From Armatimonadota bacterium (GTDB lineage Bacteria; Armatimonadota; SYMT01), in contig JAWLHY010000002.1 of assembly GCA_041690135.1 (NCBI GenBank), positions 384,001-448,000 on the forward strand: 64,000 bases of DNA. The letters run 5' to 3'. Made by a program: the position numbers and the translations under genes. Under the pieces are notes generated by a model, which was given only the letters and a program-made list of their open reading frames with translations, ran no database searches and was not told the DNA's origin. Positions 19,521 to 29,504 of the stretch are shown here, piece by piece; within the stretch, counting starts at the first letter, position 1, and each line of letters starts with the position of its first letter.

Positions 19521-20198
19521 TCAGGGCTCTCGCACGCTCCGGTGGGATTTGACGAACGCCTGGATGCGGCTGATGAGCGCCTCCGGGACCTTCTGTTTCC
19601 GTAGTTCCTCCGCGGGGAGCGTAGCCACCGGAAGTTCACGCGGCACCCGGAGTTGCTCCAGGGCGATCTTCTCGCTTCCCACGAATAGCGTGAATTGGGG
19701 CGGGCGGGCTTTCGGCGCTTCCTTGTAGACGTGCACGCCGAACTTGCCGCCGGGGAGGCGCCGCCACCACTCCTCCAGGACCTTCCGGCTGCCGACCGCG
19801 AAGGTCGCCTCGTACCCCACACGGGCGTGCCGGTCCCACCGGAACTCCGCTTTCGGATCAAGCAACACGGCCGGCCTCTCTCCCTTCACCTGCGCCAGCA
19901 CCTTCAGCAGGCGGTTGGCCTCGCGGGTGCTGTCCAGCCGGTAGCCGAAGGTCTGCGAGTCGTTCGGGCACTCGCTGAAGATCGGGTGCCATCCCTCGAC
20001 GCGCGCGGGGTCGTTCACCAGGTCCAGCGTTCCCGCCGGCCAGGCGTACTGCGCGGCGATCTCCCGTGCCATCGGAACTTTTCCGAACTGCATCACCTCG
20101 TAGAGTGCCGCCGCCTGGGTGGCGAGCAAGGCAGTCAGGATTCCACTGATCTTCAAAATCCAGCGGAAAGAAAGCATCCGGTATTCTCCAAAACTCAC
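19521..20198 (-). CDS. Hypothetical secreted protein
   Basis: 225-aa ORF with signal-like N-terminus; 4-bp overlap with the upstream ORF. Confidence 0.65.
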   Translation of the reverse strand: MSFGEYRMLSFRWILKISGILTALLATQAAALYEVMQFGKVPMAREIAAQYAWPAGTLDLVNDPARVEGWHPIFSECPNDSQTFGYRLDSTREANRLLKVLAQVKGERPAVLLDPKAEFRWDRHARVGYEATFAVGSRKVLEEWWRRLPGGKFGVHVYKEAPKARPPQFTLFVGSEKIALEQLRVPRELPVATLPAEELRKQKVPEALISRIQAFVKSHRSVREP

Positions 20199-20644
20199 TT
20201 CTTCGGCGCGGCAGGCTTCAGGTAGTCCTCTACCGGGATCACGTGATAGTACCAGGTACGTGGGTCCTGCCTGCCGTCGAGGTGCGAGGTGGTCAGGTGG
20301 ATCTCGGCCCGCTCCGCGAGATCCCGCTTCAGGTGCACCCTCGCCACCTGTTGACCGCCTTCCTCCCGCGTGGCGAGCGCCAGCGAGAGATCCACGTTGC
20401 CCTTTCTGTCCTGGCTGGGGACCACCAACTGCACCGCACGGAGGGGCTTCAGCCGGCCCGCGTCGGCGATCCGCAGGTTCACGGTGACCCGTCCGGTGCC
20501 GTGATCCGTGGCCTCCACCTCATACTTCAGCCCGAGCTGTTCCTTCGTTTCGCCGAGTTGAAAGCCCAGGGCCCAGGCCGCGCTGGCGGTCAGCGCCAGG
20601 ACCGCAAGGGTAAGGGTCAACGAGTAAAGCGTGTGTCTGCGCAT
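20195..20644 (-). CDS. Hypothetical secreted protein
   Basis: GGAGGGAGG RBS; signal peptide ending AWA; 149 aa. Confidence 0.75.
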   Translation of the reverse strand: MRRHTLYSLTLTLAVLALTASAAWALGFQLGETKEQLGLKYEVEATDHGTGRVTVNLRIADAGRLKPLRAVQLVVPSQDRKGNVDLSLALATREEGGQQVARVHLKRDLAERAEIHLTTSHLDGRQDPRTWYYHVIPVEDYLKPAAPKK

Positions 20645-20777
20645 GGCGTACCTCCCTCCCGTGAGGAGTAGCGGCGGTATCTTGCCGGTTCCGGAGGATA
20701 GATGCGACCCCTCCGCGCCGGGTTACACCTCCAGTCCGGAGAAGGACGAAGCACCCATGTGGAGCAATACTTCGGAC

Positions 20778-21233
20778 ATGGCAGAAACACGCGGCAAGCG
20801 GCGTCAGCCCCCTCACAACAATACCTCTGAACGCATCCAGGCACCCCTGGTTGCCGAGCGGGAAGGCGTGAGTGTGCGGGTTATGGGAGTCCATTCCCTC
20901 CCCTACGTTCGGGACACGCTCCTGGTCGAAGTGATGGTGAACCTACCGTCACAAGAGGTTTCCGCGGCGGACTTCAACGCTCCCAGCAATATCCAGGAAT
21001 GGAGTGAGGACTGTGGCCAGTATGAGTTCTGGCTGAACCAGGACGGCTCGGAGTTGATTGGGTACTGGTTGGATCCCCCGGTGCAACCCGCGCCCACGCG
21101 CTTTGCATTTCTCCTGTATGGTTGCCCGGTGCCGTTCACGCTAACCACCCCCGCTGGAAAGGTTCGGATCCACCGGTCAACCCCGGTCCCGCCACGCTTG
21201 CTGCACCTGATCTGGATTGAGGACCTAGCTTGA
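20778..21233 (+). CDS. Hypothetical protein
   Basis: Globular-looking ORF (EFWLNQDG..RFAFLL..TPAG..PPRL); start uncertain. Confidence 0.55.
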   Translation: MAETRGKRRQPPHNNTSERIQAPLVAEREGVSVRVMGVHSLPYVRDTLLVEVMVNLPSQEVSAADFNAPSNIQEWSEDCGQYEFWLNQDGSELIGYWLDPPVQPAPTRFAFLLYGCPVPFTLTTPAGKVRIHRSTPVPPRLLHLIWIEDLA

Positions 21234-21253
21234 GGCCTCAAGGGAGCGAACGC

Positions 21254-21667
21254 ATGGAAACATGGCGGTCGAAGGCCCTGGAACTAATACCCGAACTTTC
21301 AGAGGAGATCAGCGAAGCGGAAACCCCCATGAGGCTGTGGAGCGAGATCCGCCTCCGGTTTGAGGAAGCCTACCACGAGCCCCGGAACGAGGACTTGATC
21401 CGGCGGATCTACGCGTATGCCGCCTGGGGACATGAGCAGGGAGAACGTCACCCCACGGCCCGGATGGATGTTCCCACCGCGGTCGCTACCGCCTTCTACG
21501 AGAGCATTCCCACAATCCCGGTGGCTCGGGAAGACATGCCCCGGTGGTTCACCCGGCAAGAGTTCCTCGACCTGAAGCACCTGTTCCGCTACCTCATCAG
21601 TGAGGATGAGTATCAGCGACTGCTTGCCCTGTTTCCCGTGGAGGGTCGCCACTACTCTGAACGTTAG
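21254..21667 (+). CDS. Hypothetical helical protein (DUF7674/immunity-like)
   Basis: GGAG RBS; LIRRIYAYAAW..AVATAFYESIP pattern. Family assignment tentative. Confidence 0.6.
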   Translation: METWRSKALELIPELSEEISEAETPMRLWSEIRLRFEEAYHEPRNEDLIRRIYAYAAWGHEQGERHPTARMDVPTAVATAFYESIPTIPVAREDMPRWFTRQEFLDLKHLFRYLISEDEYQRLLALFPVEGRHYSER

Positions 21668-21703
21668 TTAGTTACGAACGGCTCCGAAGCCGGCCATTCC
21701 GAC

Positions 21704-21732
21704 TTGCGCCCGTCACGGGAGCACCCTATACT
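21704..21732 (+). promoter_or_regulatory. higBA promoter TTGCGC-17-TATACT with inverted repeat CCCGT-c-ACGGG in the spacer
   Basis: ATG lies 7 nt after the -10 box (probably leaderless); the palindrome is a plausible antitoxin operator. Confidence 0.65.
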
Positions 21733-21739
21733 GAGGATT

Positions 21740-22033
21740 ATGCGCGTCATAGCCCTTCGCACACTGCGTGAGTTCTGGACGACACATGCGGATGCAGAGG
21801 ACGCGCTAAGAGCCTGGCATGCGGACGCGCAAAGAGCGGTCTGGAAAACGCCAGGTGATATTCGTGCCACCTACGCGACCGCGAGTATCATCGGGAACAA
21901 TCGCGTAGTCTTCAACATCCGCGGGAACACCTATCGGCTGATCGTTGCAGTCAACTACGATTACGGCATTGTCTATATCCGGTTCATTGGCACGCACGCG
22001 GAGTATGACCGGATCGATGCCGAGACGGTTTAG
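21740..22033 (+). CDS. higB: Type II toxin HigB
   Basis: MRVIALRTLREFW..NRVVFNIRGNTYRLI..IRFIGTHAEYD. Confidence 0.93.
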   Translation: MRVIALRTLREFWTTHADAEDALRAWHADAQRAVWKTPGDIRATYATASIIGNNRVVFNIRGNTYRLIVAVNYDYGIVYIRFIGTHAEYDRIDAETV

Positions 22034-22043
22034 GATTAATCCG

Positions 22044-22421
22044 ATGGAATTGCGCCCCATAAGAGACGAAGCCGACTACGAAGAGGCACTGGCAGAGATT
22101 GAGCGACTCTTCTCCGCGCAGCCAGGCACTCCGGAAGGAGACCACCTCGACGTAATCACCACCCTTGTGGAAGCGTACGAACGCCGGCATCATCCCGTGC
22201 TGCCACCAGATCCGATCGAGGCGTTGCTCTATCACATGGAAAGCCGGGGGTTGACCCGGCGGGACCTGGAGCCTTACCTGGGCAGCCGAGCGCGCGTGGC
22301 CGAGATCCTCAATCGCCGCCGTGCCCTGACCATCGACATGATCCGCCGCCTTCACACAGGGCTGGGCCTGCCGGCGGAGATCCTCATCCAGCCGTACGCG
22401 CTCCAGGAGCGAGCCGCGTAG
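22044..22421 (+). CDS. higA: Type II antitoxin HigA (HTH)
   Basis: PIRDEADYEEAL..LVEAYE..PDPIEAL..GSRARVAEILNRRRALT. Confidence 0.92.
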   Translation: MELRPIRDEADYEEALAEIERLFSAQPGTPEGDHLDVITTLVEAYERRHHPVLPPDPIEALLYHMESRGLTRRDLEPYLGSRARVAEILNRRRALTIDMIRRLHTGLGLPAEILIQPYALQERAA

Positions 22422-22450
22422 AATGGCGCGGCTCCGCTCCGGCAGCCCGC

Positions 22451-22783
22451 TCAGTCCTGGACCGTCAGCACCAGCCAACCGCCCTCTTCCCGCACCGGGT
22501 AGGTGCGCAGGCAGTGGGAAGCGTCGTTGAGGCAGGCCCCGGTCGCCAGGTTGAACTTCCACGAGTGCAGCGGGCAGATGACGGTGCACCCTCCGGTCAC
22601 CCCTTCAGCGAGCGGTCCTGCCTCGTGCGGGCACTCGGCCTGCACTGCGTAGAGGCCTCCATCCCGCAGGCGGAAGATGGCGATGCTGTGCTTCCCGACC
22701 TGAAAGCGCTTGCCTTCTCCGGGCGGAATGGCTTCGATACGGCCGACCGTGAGGTCGGTAGGAGGTTCTTGAATGGTCGGCAT
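22451..22783 (-). CDS. nirD: Nitrite reductase small subunit (Rieske 2Fe-2S)
   Basis: CPH..GPL..G..CPLHSW motifs; downstream of nirB. Confidence 0.85.
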   Translation of the reverse strand: MPTIQEPPTDLTVGRIEAIPPGEGKRFQVGKHSIAIFRLRDGGLYAVQAECPHEAGPLAEGVTGGCTVICPLHSWKFNLATGACLNDASHCLRTYPVREEGGWLVLTVQD

Positions 22784-22812
22784 GGCGTATATCTCCGGTG
22801 TTCGGGCAGGCG

Positions 22813-23170
22813 ATCCGCGAATTGGGCGAATAAGGTGAATAAGGATGAACGTTGGGCCACTTCTCGGGTGGTTAATGTTCAGGCAATCCGGCTGTCCGGC
22901 TTGCATATCAGCCGACGGTGAGCATCAATCGGCACATCACCTGTGCCCAGATCCAGAGATTTCTGAAAAACAAGGGCTGTCATGGCGAGGAACGGTGGAC
23001 TTGCTGCAACTTCCCCGATCTCGCAGAGCTTCCAGTCGAAGTGCATTACTTTCGTCTTTGATGTCGTGAGTGACGTGGCCAGCCCCCTGGTCAGGGCCGT
23101 GTTGGATTAGGATTACGATAAGGATAAGGAGTTCGCGTACAAGACCGGTCTCCTGACCAGGGGGCCTGCC
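22813..23170. repeat. Repeat-rich spacer between nirB and nirD (9-mer GCGAAT array, inverted CCCCCTGGTCAG pair, GGATTA array)
   Basis: 22813-22849 resembles the reverse complement of 51774-51803; 23072-23098 and 23153-23170 match 51492-51517. Confidence 0.6.
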
Positions 23171-23325
23171 CTAGCTTCGCCGGGTAAACTCGCGTCGGGT
23201 GCCGGGGAGCAGAGTCAGGACGGCTGGGCTCCGGCAGTGCGGCGGCTGTGGTCTGGGAAGTCGGCTGGGGTCTATCCCTCCTCGCAGTGACGGCGAAATT
23301 CATTACAATTCTCCAGCCGGGCGCC

Positions 23326-25752
23326 TTACACGCGGGCGGCGGCGATGGCGTCGATGGGGATGAGCTCGCTGGTGAACTGGGCGGGATGGTAGGGGCGGAC
23401 CGCCTCTTCCCAGGGGTCCACGTAGGCGTCCACGGCCTTCTGGATCTCGGCGTCCAGGTAGTCGCAGATCCCCTCGCTGTCCTCCACCAGGATTGCCCGC
23501 AGCTTCTCCACGCCGTACCGCTCCACGAAGGCGTGGGTCCGCTCCATGTACTTCCCGTGCTCGCGGTAGTACTGCATGAACCGTCCGGTGATCCGCAGCA
23601 CCTCTTCCTGCGTCTTTACGGTGCAGAGGAGATCCCCCGCGCGGACCCGGCTTCCGGCGGCCCCGCCGATGTAGATCTCCCAGCCGCCGTCCACGGCGAC
23701 GAAGCCGATGTCCTTCACCGTCGACTCCGCGCAGTTGCGGGGGCAGCCGCTGGCGGCCAGCTTCACCTTGTGCGGGAACTCGATCCCCTGGTAGCGGCGC
23801 TCGGCCGCGATCCCCAGCGCGGTCGAGTCGCCGACGCCGTAGCGACAGAACTCGGCGCCCACGCACGTCTTGCAGGTGCGGAACGCCTTGGTGTAGGCAT
23901 GGCCGCTCGGCATGTCGAGGTCACGCCAGATGGCGGGAAGGTCTTCCTTCTTCACGCCCAGGATGTCGATCCGCTGACCTCCGGTGACCTTGACCATCCG
24001 TGCGTGGTACTTCTCGGCCACGTCCGCGATGCGGCGCAGCTCCGCGGGGGTGGTCACGCCGCCGTACATCCGCGGGATCACGGAGAAGGTGGCGTCCTTC
24101 TGGATGTTGGCGTGGACGCGGTCGTTGATGTACCGGGCATCGCGCTCGTCTTCGTACTCGTCGTTCCAGAGCGACTTCAGCAGGGAGGCCAGGCCCATCT
24201 TGCTGGCCGCGTCTTCCTCGCCTCCGGCCAGCTCGCGGAAGACGGCGCTGACGCTCTTCAGGCCGCGCGCCTGGATCTCGCGGACCAGCTCCGGCTTGGC
24301 GTAGGGCACCCCCGGCACGTACCAGTTATCGCGCGGGTCCGGCGTGGCGTTGGTGGCGTAGGCGTCGATCAGCTCCTGGACCACCGGCTTGCAGCCACCG
24401 CAGCCGGTGCCTGCCTTGGTGCAGGCGGCCAGCGTGGAGAGGGAGCAGCGGCCGTTGCCGATGGCGGTGAGGAGCGTCTTCTTGTTGACCTGGTGGCAGG
24501 AGCAGATGAGTGCCTCGTTCGGCACGCTCCGGATGTCGCCCTCGCCGCTCTCCTGGCTCGGGAAGAGGAGCGTGGAGCGCCGCTCGGGCACGTCGGCGCC
24601 GCGCAGGAAGAGGTCGGTGAGGGTGCCGGTGTTGCTGATGTCGCCCAGCAGGCATCCCGCCATGAGTTGACCGTCGCGGACGATCAGTTTCTTGTAGATC
24701 CCGGCCGCCGGTTCCACGTAGCTCACGATCTCGTCGCCGGGCTGCATGTCCGAAACCCGGCCCATGGAGACCAGTTCCACGCCCATCACCTTGAGCTTGG
24801 TCGCCACCCTGGAACCGAGGTAGAGGGAGTTCGGCGAGACGCCGGTGAGCACGTCCGCAGCGACCTGCGCCTGCTCGAACAGCGGCGCCACCAGGCCGTA
24901 GAGCATTCCCCGGTGCTGGGCGCACTCGCCCACCGCGAAGATGTCGGGATCGCTGGTCCGCATCTGGTCGTCCACCACCACGGCGCGTTCGACGGTAAGG
25001 CCGCAGTCGCGCCCCAGCTCCGCGTTCGGACGGATGCCGCAGCTCACCACCACCATCTCCGTCTCCAGGACTTCGCCGTCCTTGAACCGGAGACCGGTGA
25101 CCCGGCCGTCCCCCTGGATCTCGCTGGTCATCGCCTGCAGGCGGACGGAGACCCCCATCTCCTCCATGGTCTTCTGGAGGATGGCGCCGCCCGCGCCGTC
25201 GAGTTGCTGTACCATTAGGTGCGGCGCCACTTCGACAATGGTCACCTCCACGCCGTGGGTAAGGAGCCCGCGTGCCGCTTCCAGGCCGAGGAGCCCGCCA
25301 CCGATGACGACGGCGCGGGAACAGTCCGCCGCGTAGGAGGCAATCCGCTCGCAGTCTTCCAGGGTGCGGAAGAGGAATACGCCCTTCTTCTCGGTCCCCT
25401 CCATCGGTGGGACGAACGGCCGGGAGCCGGTGGCCAGGATGAGGCGGTCGTAGGGCACCTCCATGCCGTCCGTGCTCACCACCACCTTCCGGTCGCGGTC
25501 GATGCGTTCGATCCGGACCCCGGCGTGCAGGGTGATGCCGTTCTTCTGGTACCAATCCAGGGGATGGGTGAAGATCTCGGTCGCCGGCTGCGAGCCGTTG
25601 AGGACATTCGAGAGCAGGATCCGGTTATAGCTCCCGCACGGCTCATCGCCGAACATGACGATTTCGAACCGGTTCCGGTCCCGCGCCAGGATCTCTTCGA
25701 CGACCTTCGCGCCGACCATTCCGTTTCCGATCACGACCAATCGTTCTGCCAT
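23326..25752 (-). CDS. nirB: NAD(P)H-dependent nitrite reductase large subunit
   Basis: GNGMVG, YNRILLS, GGGLLGLEAA, BFD cysteines, HANIQKDATFSVIPR, CKTCVG..FCRYG, SGCPRNC siroheme/4Fe-4S motifs. Confidence 0.95.
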   Translation of the reverse strand: MAERLVVIGNGMVGAKVVEEILARDRNRFEIVMFGDEPCGSYNRILLSNVLNGSQPATEIFTHPLDWYQKNGITLHAGVRIERIDRDRKVVVSTDGMEVPYDRLILATGSRPFVPPMEGTEKKGVFLFRTLEDCERIASYAADCSRAVVIGGGLLGLEAARGLLTHGVEVTIVEVAPHLMVQQLDGAGGAILQKTMEEMGVSVRLQAMTSEIQGDGRVTGLRFKDGEVLETEMVVVSCGIRPNAELGRDCGLTVERAVVVDDQMRTSDPDIFAVGECAQHRGMLYGLVAPLFEQAQVAADVLTGVSPNSLYLGSRVATKLKVMGVELVSMGRVSDMQPGDEIVSYVEPAAGIYKKLIVRDGQLMAGCLLGDISNTGTLTDLFLRGADVPERRSTLLFPSQESGEGDIRSVPNEALICSCHQVNKKTLLTAIGNGRCSLSTLAACTKAGTGCGGCKPVVQELIDAYATNATPDPRDNWYVPGVPYAKPELVREIQARGLKSVSAVFRELAGGEEDAASKMGLASLLKSLWNDEYEDERDARYINDRVHANIQKDATFSVIPRMYGGVTTPAELRRIADVAEKYHARMVKVTGGQRIDILGVKKEDLPAIWRDLDMPSGHAYTKAFRTCKTCVGAEFCRYGVGDSTALGIAAERRYQGIEFPHKVKLAASGCPRNCAESTVKDIGFVAVDGGWEIYIGGAAGSRVRAGDLLCTVKTQEEVLRITGRFMQYYREHGKYMERTHAFVERYGVEKLRAILVEDSEGICDYLDAEIQKAVDAYVDPWEEAVRPYHPAQFTSELIPIDAIAAARV

Positions 25753-25837
25753 ACTGCTTCTCCTGTTAGCGAACCGGTTTATTGCCCGCGAGCCTGCCCG
25801 TATGGGAATTCGCGGAAAGCGCGGAAGAAACGTGCTG

Positions 25838-27910
25838 CTAGCTCTCAACCTTCAACTCGACGCGGGCGGCGCAGACTTTGAACTCCGGCATCCGGGAAAC
25901 GGGATCCAGCGCGGGGTTCGTCAGGGTGTTTGCTCGACCCGCGCCGCCCCAGTGGAACGGCATGAAAAGGGTGTCGGGGCGGATCGCCGGGGTGATCCGG
26001 GCGGGAGCTTCCGCTACTCCCCGGCGGGTCACCACGCGCAGCGCATCTCCGTCTTTCACGCCCATCGACCGAGCCGTTATCGGGTGGATCTCGATGAACG
26101 GCTCCCGCACCGCGCCGCTCAGGGCGCCGACGCGCCGGGTCTGGGTGCCGGATTGGTACTGCTGCATCACGCGCCCGGTGGTGAGGTACAGCGGGTATTC
26201 CGTGTCCGGCTCTTCCGCGGCGGGGCGATGCTCCACGGGATGGAACCGCGCCCGGCCGTCCGGGGTGGCGAACCGCTCCAGGAACATCCGCGGAGTCCCC
26301 TCGTGTTCTTCGGAGGGGCAGGGCCAGAAGACCCCGTTCTCCTCCGCGATCCGCTCGTAGGTCACCCCGGCATAGTCCGCCACGGCGCCGGCCGTGGCTC
26401 GGCGGAGCTCTTCGAAGAGCGCGCGGGGCTCGGCGGTGAAGGAGGCGTCCCGGCCCAGCCGCTTTGCAAGCGCCACCAGGATCTCCGCGTCGGTCCGCAC
26501 CCCTTCCGGAGGCGCCGCCGCGCGCCGGCGCAGGAGGACCCGTCCCTCCAGGTTGGTCATCGTGCCTTCCTCTTCGGCCCACTGGGCGGCGGGGAGGACC
26601 ACGTCCGCGAGCGCCGCCGTTTCCGAGAGGAAGAGGTCCGCCACCACGAGGAAGTCCAGGCTCCGCATCCGATCCTCGACGTGGGCGGCCCGGGGCGCGG
26701 AGACGACGGGGTTGGAGCCCATCACCAGCAGGTTCCGGACGCCCCCTTCCATACCCAGAGTGTCCAGCAGCTCGTACGCGGAGCGGCCGGGGCCGGGAAG
26801 CTCGTCCGGGTGGATGCCCCACACCCGCGCCACGTGCTCGCGGTCCGCGGGGACGTCGATCCGGCGGTAACCGGGAAGCTGGTCCGCCTTCTGGCCGTGC
26901 TCCCGTCCGCCCTGGCCGTTCCCCTGGCCTGTCAGGCAGCCGTACCCGCAATGGGGCCGGCCGACCTGGCCCAAAGCCAACGCGAGGTTGATGAAGGCGA
27001 GGACGGTATCAACGCCCTTGCTCTGCTGCTCGGCGCCGCGCGCGGTGAGAACCATGCCGGTCTCGGCCGACCCCAACAGGTGCGCCGCTTCCTCCAGCCG
27101 GCGACGAGGCACGCCGGTGATCCCTTCCACCCGCTCCGGCCAGTAGCCCGCGACCACGCGCCGGACCGCCTCCCAGCCGGTGGTGCGCTCCCGGATGAAG
27201 GTCTCGTCGATCAGCCCGTCCCGCACCGCGACATGCAGCAGCCCGTTCGCCAGCGCCAGGTCGCTCCCCGGCGTAAGCTGAAGATGGAGCGCGGCGCCCA
27301 GCGCGGTCCCCGTGGCGCGTGGATCCACCACGATCAGCTTGCCGCCCCGGCGCTGCTGCTCGTCGAAGTACTGCATGATCGGCGGCATGCACTCCGCCGG
27401 GTTCGCTCCCACCAGCAGGATCACATCCGCCCGGGGGATGTCCACCAGCGGGAACGGCAGGCCGCGGTCGACGCCGAACGCCCGGATTCCCGCCGCGGCC
27501 GCCGAGGACATGCAGAACCGCCCGTTGTAATCGATGGAAGGCGTGCCCAGGGCGACCCGCGCAAACTTGCCGAGGAGGTAGACCTTCTCGTTGGTAAGGC
27601 CCCCGCCCCCGAAGATCCCCACCGCGTCCCGGCCGTAATGCTCCTGCGTGGCGCGAATCTCCGCCGCCACCCGTTCGAGCGCCGCCTCCCAGGAGACCGG
27701 CCGCAGGGGCGCGTCCTTCCGCTCCCGCATGAGCGGAGTGGTCAGGCGCTCCGGGTGCCGGAGCAGGTCCACGGAGGTCCAGCCCTTCTGGCAGAGCCCG
27801 CCCCGGTTGGTGGGGAAGTCCCCGCGCGGGACCACAGTGAGCCCTCCGTCGCCGGGAACGAGGTTCATCCCGCACTGGAGCGCGCAATAGGGGCAGTGGG
27901 TGGCGGTCAT
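25838..27910 (-). CDS. nasA: Assimilatory nitrate reductase catalytic subunit (molybdopterin)
   Basis: CPYCALQC..C cluster, NEKVYLLGKFAR, NGRFCMSSA, GQGNGQGGREHG, DPVSRMPEFK. Confidence 0.93.
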   Translation of the reverse strand: MTATHCPYCALQCGMNLVPGDGGLTVVPRGDFPTNRGGLCQKGWTSVDLLRHPERLTTPLMRERKDAPLRPVSWEAALERVAAEIRATQEHYGRDAVGIFGGGGLTNEKVYLLGKFARVALGTPSIDYNGRFCMSSAAAAGIRAFGVDRGLPFPLVDIPRADVILLVGANPAECMPPIMQYFDEQQRRGGKLIVVDPRATGTALGAALHLQLTPGSDLALANGLLHVAVRDGLIDETFIRERTTGWEAVRRVVAGYWPERVEGITGVPRRRLEEAAHLLGSAETGMVLTARGAEQQSKGVDTVLAFINLALALGQVGRPHCGYGCLTGQGNGQGGREHGQKADQLPGYRRIDVPADREHVARVWGIHPDELPGPGRSAYELLDTLGMEGGVRNLLVMGSNPVVSAPRAAHVEDRMRSLDFLVVADLFLSETAALADVVLPAAQWAEEEGTMTNLEGRVLLRRRAAAPPEGVRTDAEILVALAKRLGRDASFTAEPRALFEELRRATAGAVADYAGVTYERIAEENGVFWPCPSEEHEGTPRMFLERFATPDGRARFHPVEHRPAAEEPDTEYPLYLTTGRVMQQYQSGTQTRRVGALSGAVREPFIEIHPITARSMGVKDGDALRVVTRRGVAEAPARITPAIRPDTLFMPFHWGGAGRANTLTNPALDPVSRMPEFKVCAARVELKVES

Positions 27911-29427
27911 GCTTCCACCCCCAGTGGCGGCGTGGGCTCCACTGTTCCTTTCGGACGGAAGCGGTCGACGAAGACCCGCACCAGCCCCTTACAGGAGCCG
28001 CAGCCGGTGCCCGCCCGCGTGGCGCGCATCACGGCGGAGAGGCTGCAGCCGCCCCCCGCGACACACTCGCGGATATCTCCCTTGGTGACCCCGTTGCAGT
28101 GGCACACCGTGGCGTCTTCCGCCATCTCGTCCGGGCTGACCGCGCCGGGCTTGCCCCCGAGATCGAAGAAGAGGGAAGCCCGCTCCTCCGGCACGGGGGT
28201 CCCCCGCTCCAACAGTTGCGTGACATACGGCGCTCGCTCCCCGTCACCCAGCAGGATCGCCCCGATGAGGCGGTTGTCCCGGATGACCAGTTTCTTGTAA
28301 ATCCCCCGCTTCGGCTCCACATACTGGACGACCTCGTCCTCGGGCTCCGTGGCCTCCGGCTCGCCCACCGAAGTCAACTCCACCCCTATCACCTTCAGGT
28401 GCGTGGTGGTCCGGGAGCCGGTATAAACACTCTCCGGCCGCCCGGTGAGGTGGTCCGCCAGCACCCGCGCCTGCTCCCAGGCCGGCGCGACCAGGCCGTA
28501 AGTCATCCTCCGGTGCTCCACGCACTCGCCCACGGCGAAGATCGCCGGGTCGGCCGTGGTCAGGTGGTCGTCCACCACGATGCCGCGCCCCACGGGCAAT
28601 CCGCATTCCTGGGCCAACTCCACGTTCGGGCGGATGCCGCATGCGAACACCACCATGTCGCAGGTGAGGGAAGTGCCGTTGTCAAAAGCCAGCCCCCGGA
28701 CCCGGTCGGAGCCCAGGATCTCGGCGGTGCGCTGGCCGAGATGGACCCGCACCCCCATCCGCTCCACCACCTGCAGCAGGATGGCCGCCGCGGCGGGATC
28801 GAGCTGGCGGTCCATCAACCGGCCGGACTGCTGGACGACGTGCACCTCCAGGCCGTACTGCTGGAGACCGTAAGCGGCCTCGAGCCCGAGGAGCCCGCCC
28901 CCCACCACCACGGCCCGCCGGCTGTGGCTGGCATAACCGGAGATGCGCCGGCAATCCTCCAGGGTTCGAAAAACGAACACCCCCGGCAGCGGCTCCCCCT
29001 CCGGGCCCTTCAGTCCCTGCACGGTCGGCACCAGCGGGCGCGAGCCGGTCGCCAGGATCAGGCGGTCGTAGGCGACCTCCCGCCCCGTCGCGCTGATCAC
29101 CGTCCGGCTCTCCCGGTCGATTGCGGTCACGCGCTCTCCGGCGTGGAGGGTGATCCCACTCTCCTCATACCAGGAGAGAGGGTGCAGGAAGATCTCCGTG
29201 GCCGGCTGGGTGCCGCTGAGGACTCCGGAGAGCAGCACGCGGTTGTAATTGCCGCACGGCTCGTCGCCGAACACGACGATCTCCCACAGGCGGCCACCGT
29301 CGCGGAGCAGGATCTCCTCCACCGTCCGCGCCCCGGCCATCCCATTGCCGACCACCACGAGCCGTGGGCGGGGCGAACCACTCCGGGCGGCAGGCGGCGT
29401 GACCGGACACGACTCCCGAACACTCAT
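27907..29427 (-). CDS. Nitrate reductase electron-transfer (diaphorase) subunit, FAD/NADH + BFD 2Fe-2S (Bacillus NasB / Klebsiella NasC-like)
   Basis: Paralogous to the NirB N-terminal half; CHCNGV..AGTGCGSC; GGAGGG RBS; ATGA coupling to nasA. Confidence 0.88.
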   Translation of the reverse strand: MSVRESCPVTPPAARSGSPRPRLVVVGNGMAGARTVEEILLRDGGRLWEIVVFGDEPCGNYNRVLLSGVLSGTQPATEIFLHPLSWYEESGITLHAGERVTAIDRESRTVISATGREVAYDRLILATGSRPLVPTVQGLKGPEGEPLPGVFVFRTLEDCRRISGYASHSRRAVVVGGGLLGLEAAYGLQQYGLEVHVVQQSGRLMDRQLDPAAAAILLQVVERMGVRVHLGQRTAEILGSDRVRGLAFDNGTSLTCDMVVFACGIRPNVELAQECGLPVGRGIVVDDHLTTADPAIFAVGECVEHRRMTYGLVAPAWEQARVLADHLTGRPESVYTGSRTTTHLKVIGVELTSVGEPEATEPEDEVVQYVEPKRGIYKKLVIRDNRLIGAILLGDGERAPYVTQLLERGTPVPEERASLFFDLGGKPGAVSPDEMAEDATVCHCNGVTKGDIRECVAGGGCSLSAVMRATRAGTGCGSCKGLVRVFVDRFRPKGTVEPTPPLGVEA

Positions 29428-29504
29428 CGCGTCCCTCCGCCCGTTACTTGCATCCGTTCCGCTGCCCGCCAAGACTTCATCGATACCCTCTCCGGCGCGT
29501 CCGC

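Noticed and set aside
19251-19552. Small ORFs with RIRIRI, YSYSYS or LLLLLL tracts (also near 4303, 7560, 41132)
   Set aside because: These are translations of the hexamer microsatellites, not genes.
27907-29427. Truncated nirB duplicate or pseudogene
   Set aside because: The ORF is intact with an RBS and ATGA coupling to nasA, and matches the normal diaphorase-subunit architecture.
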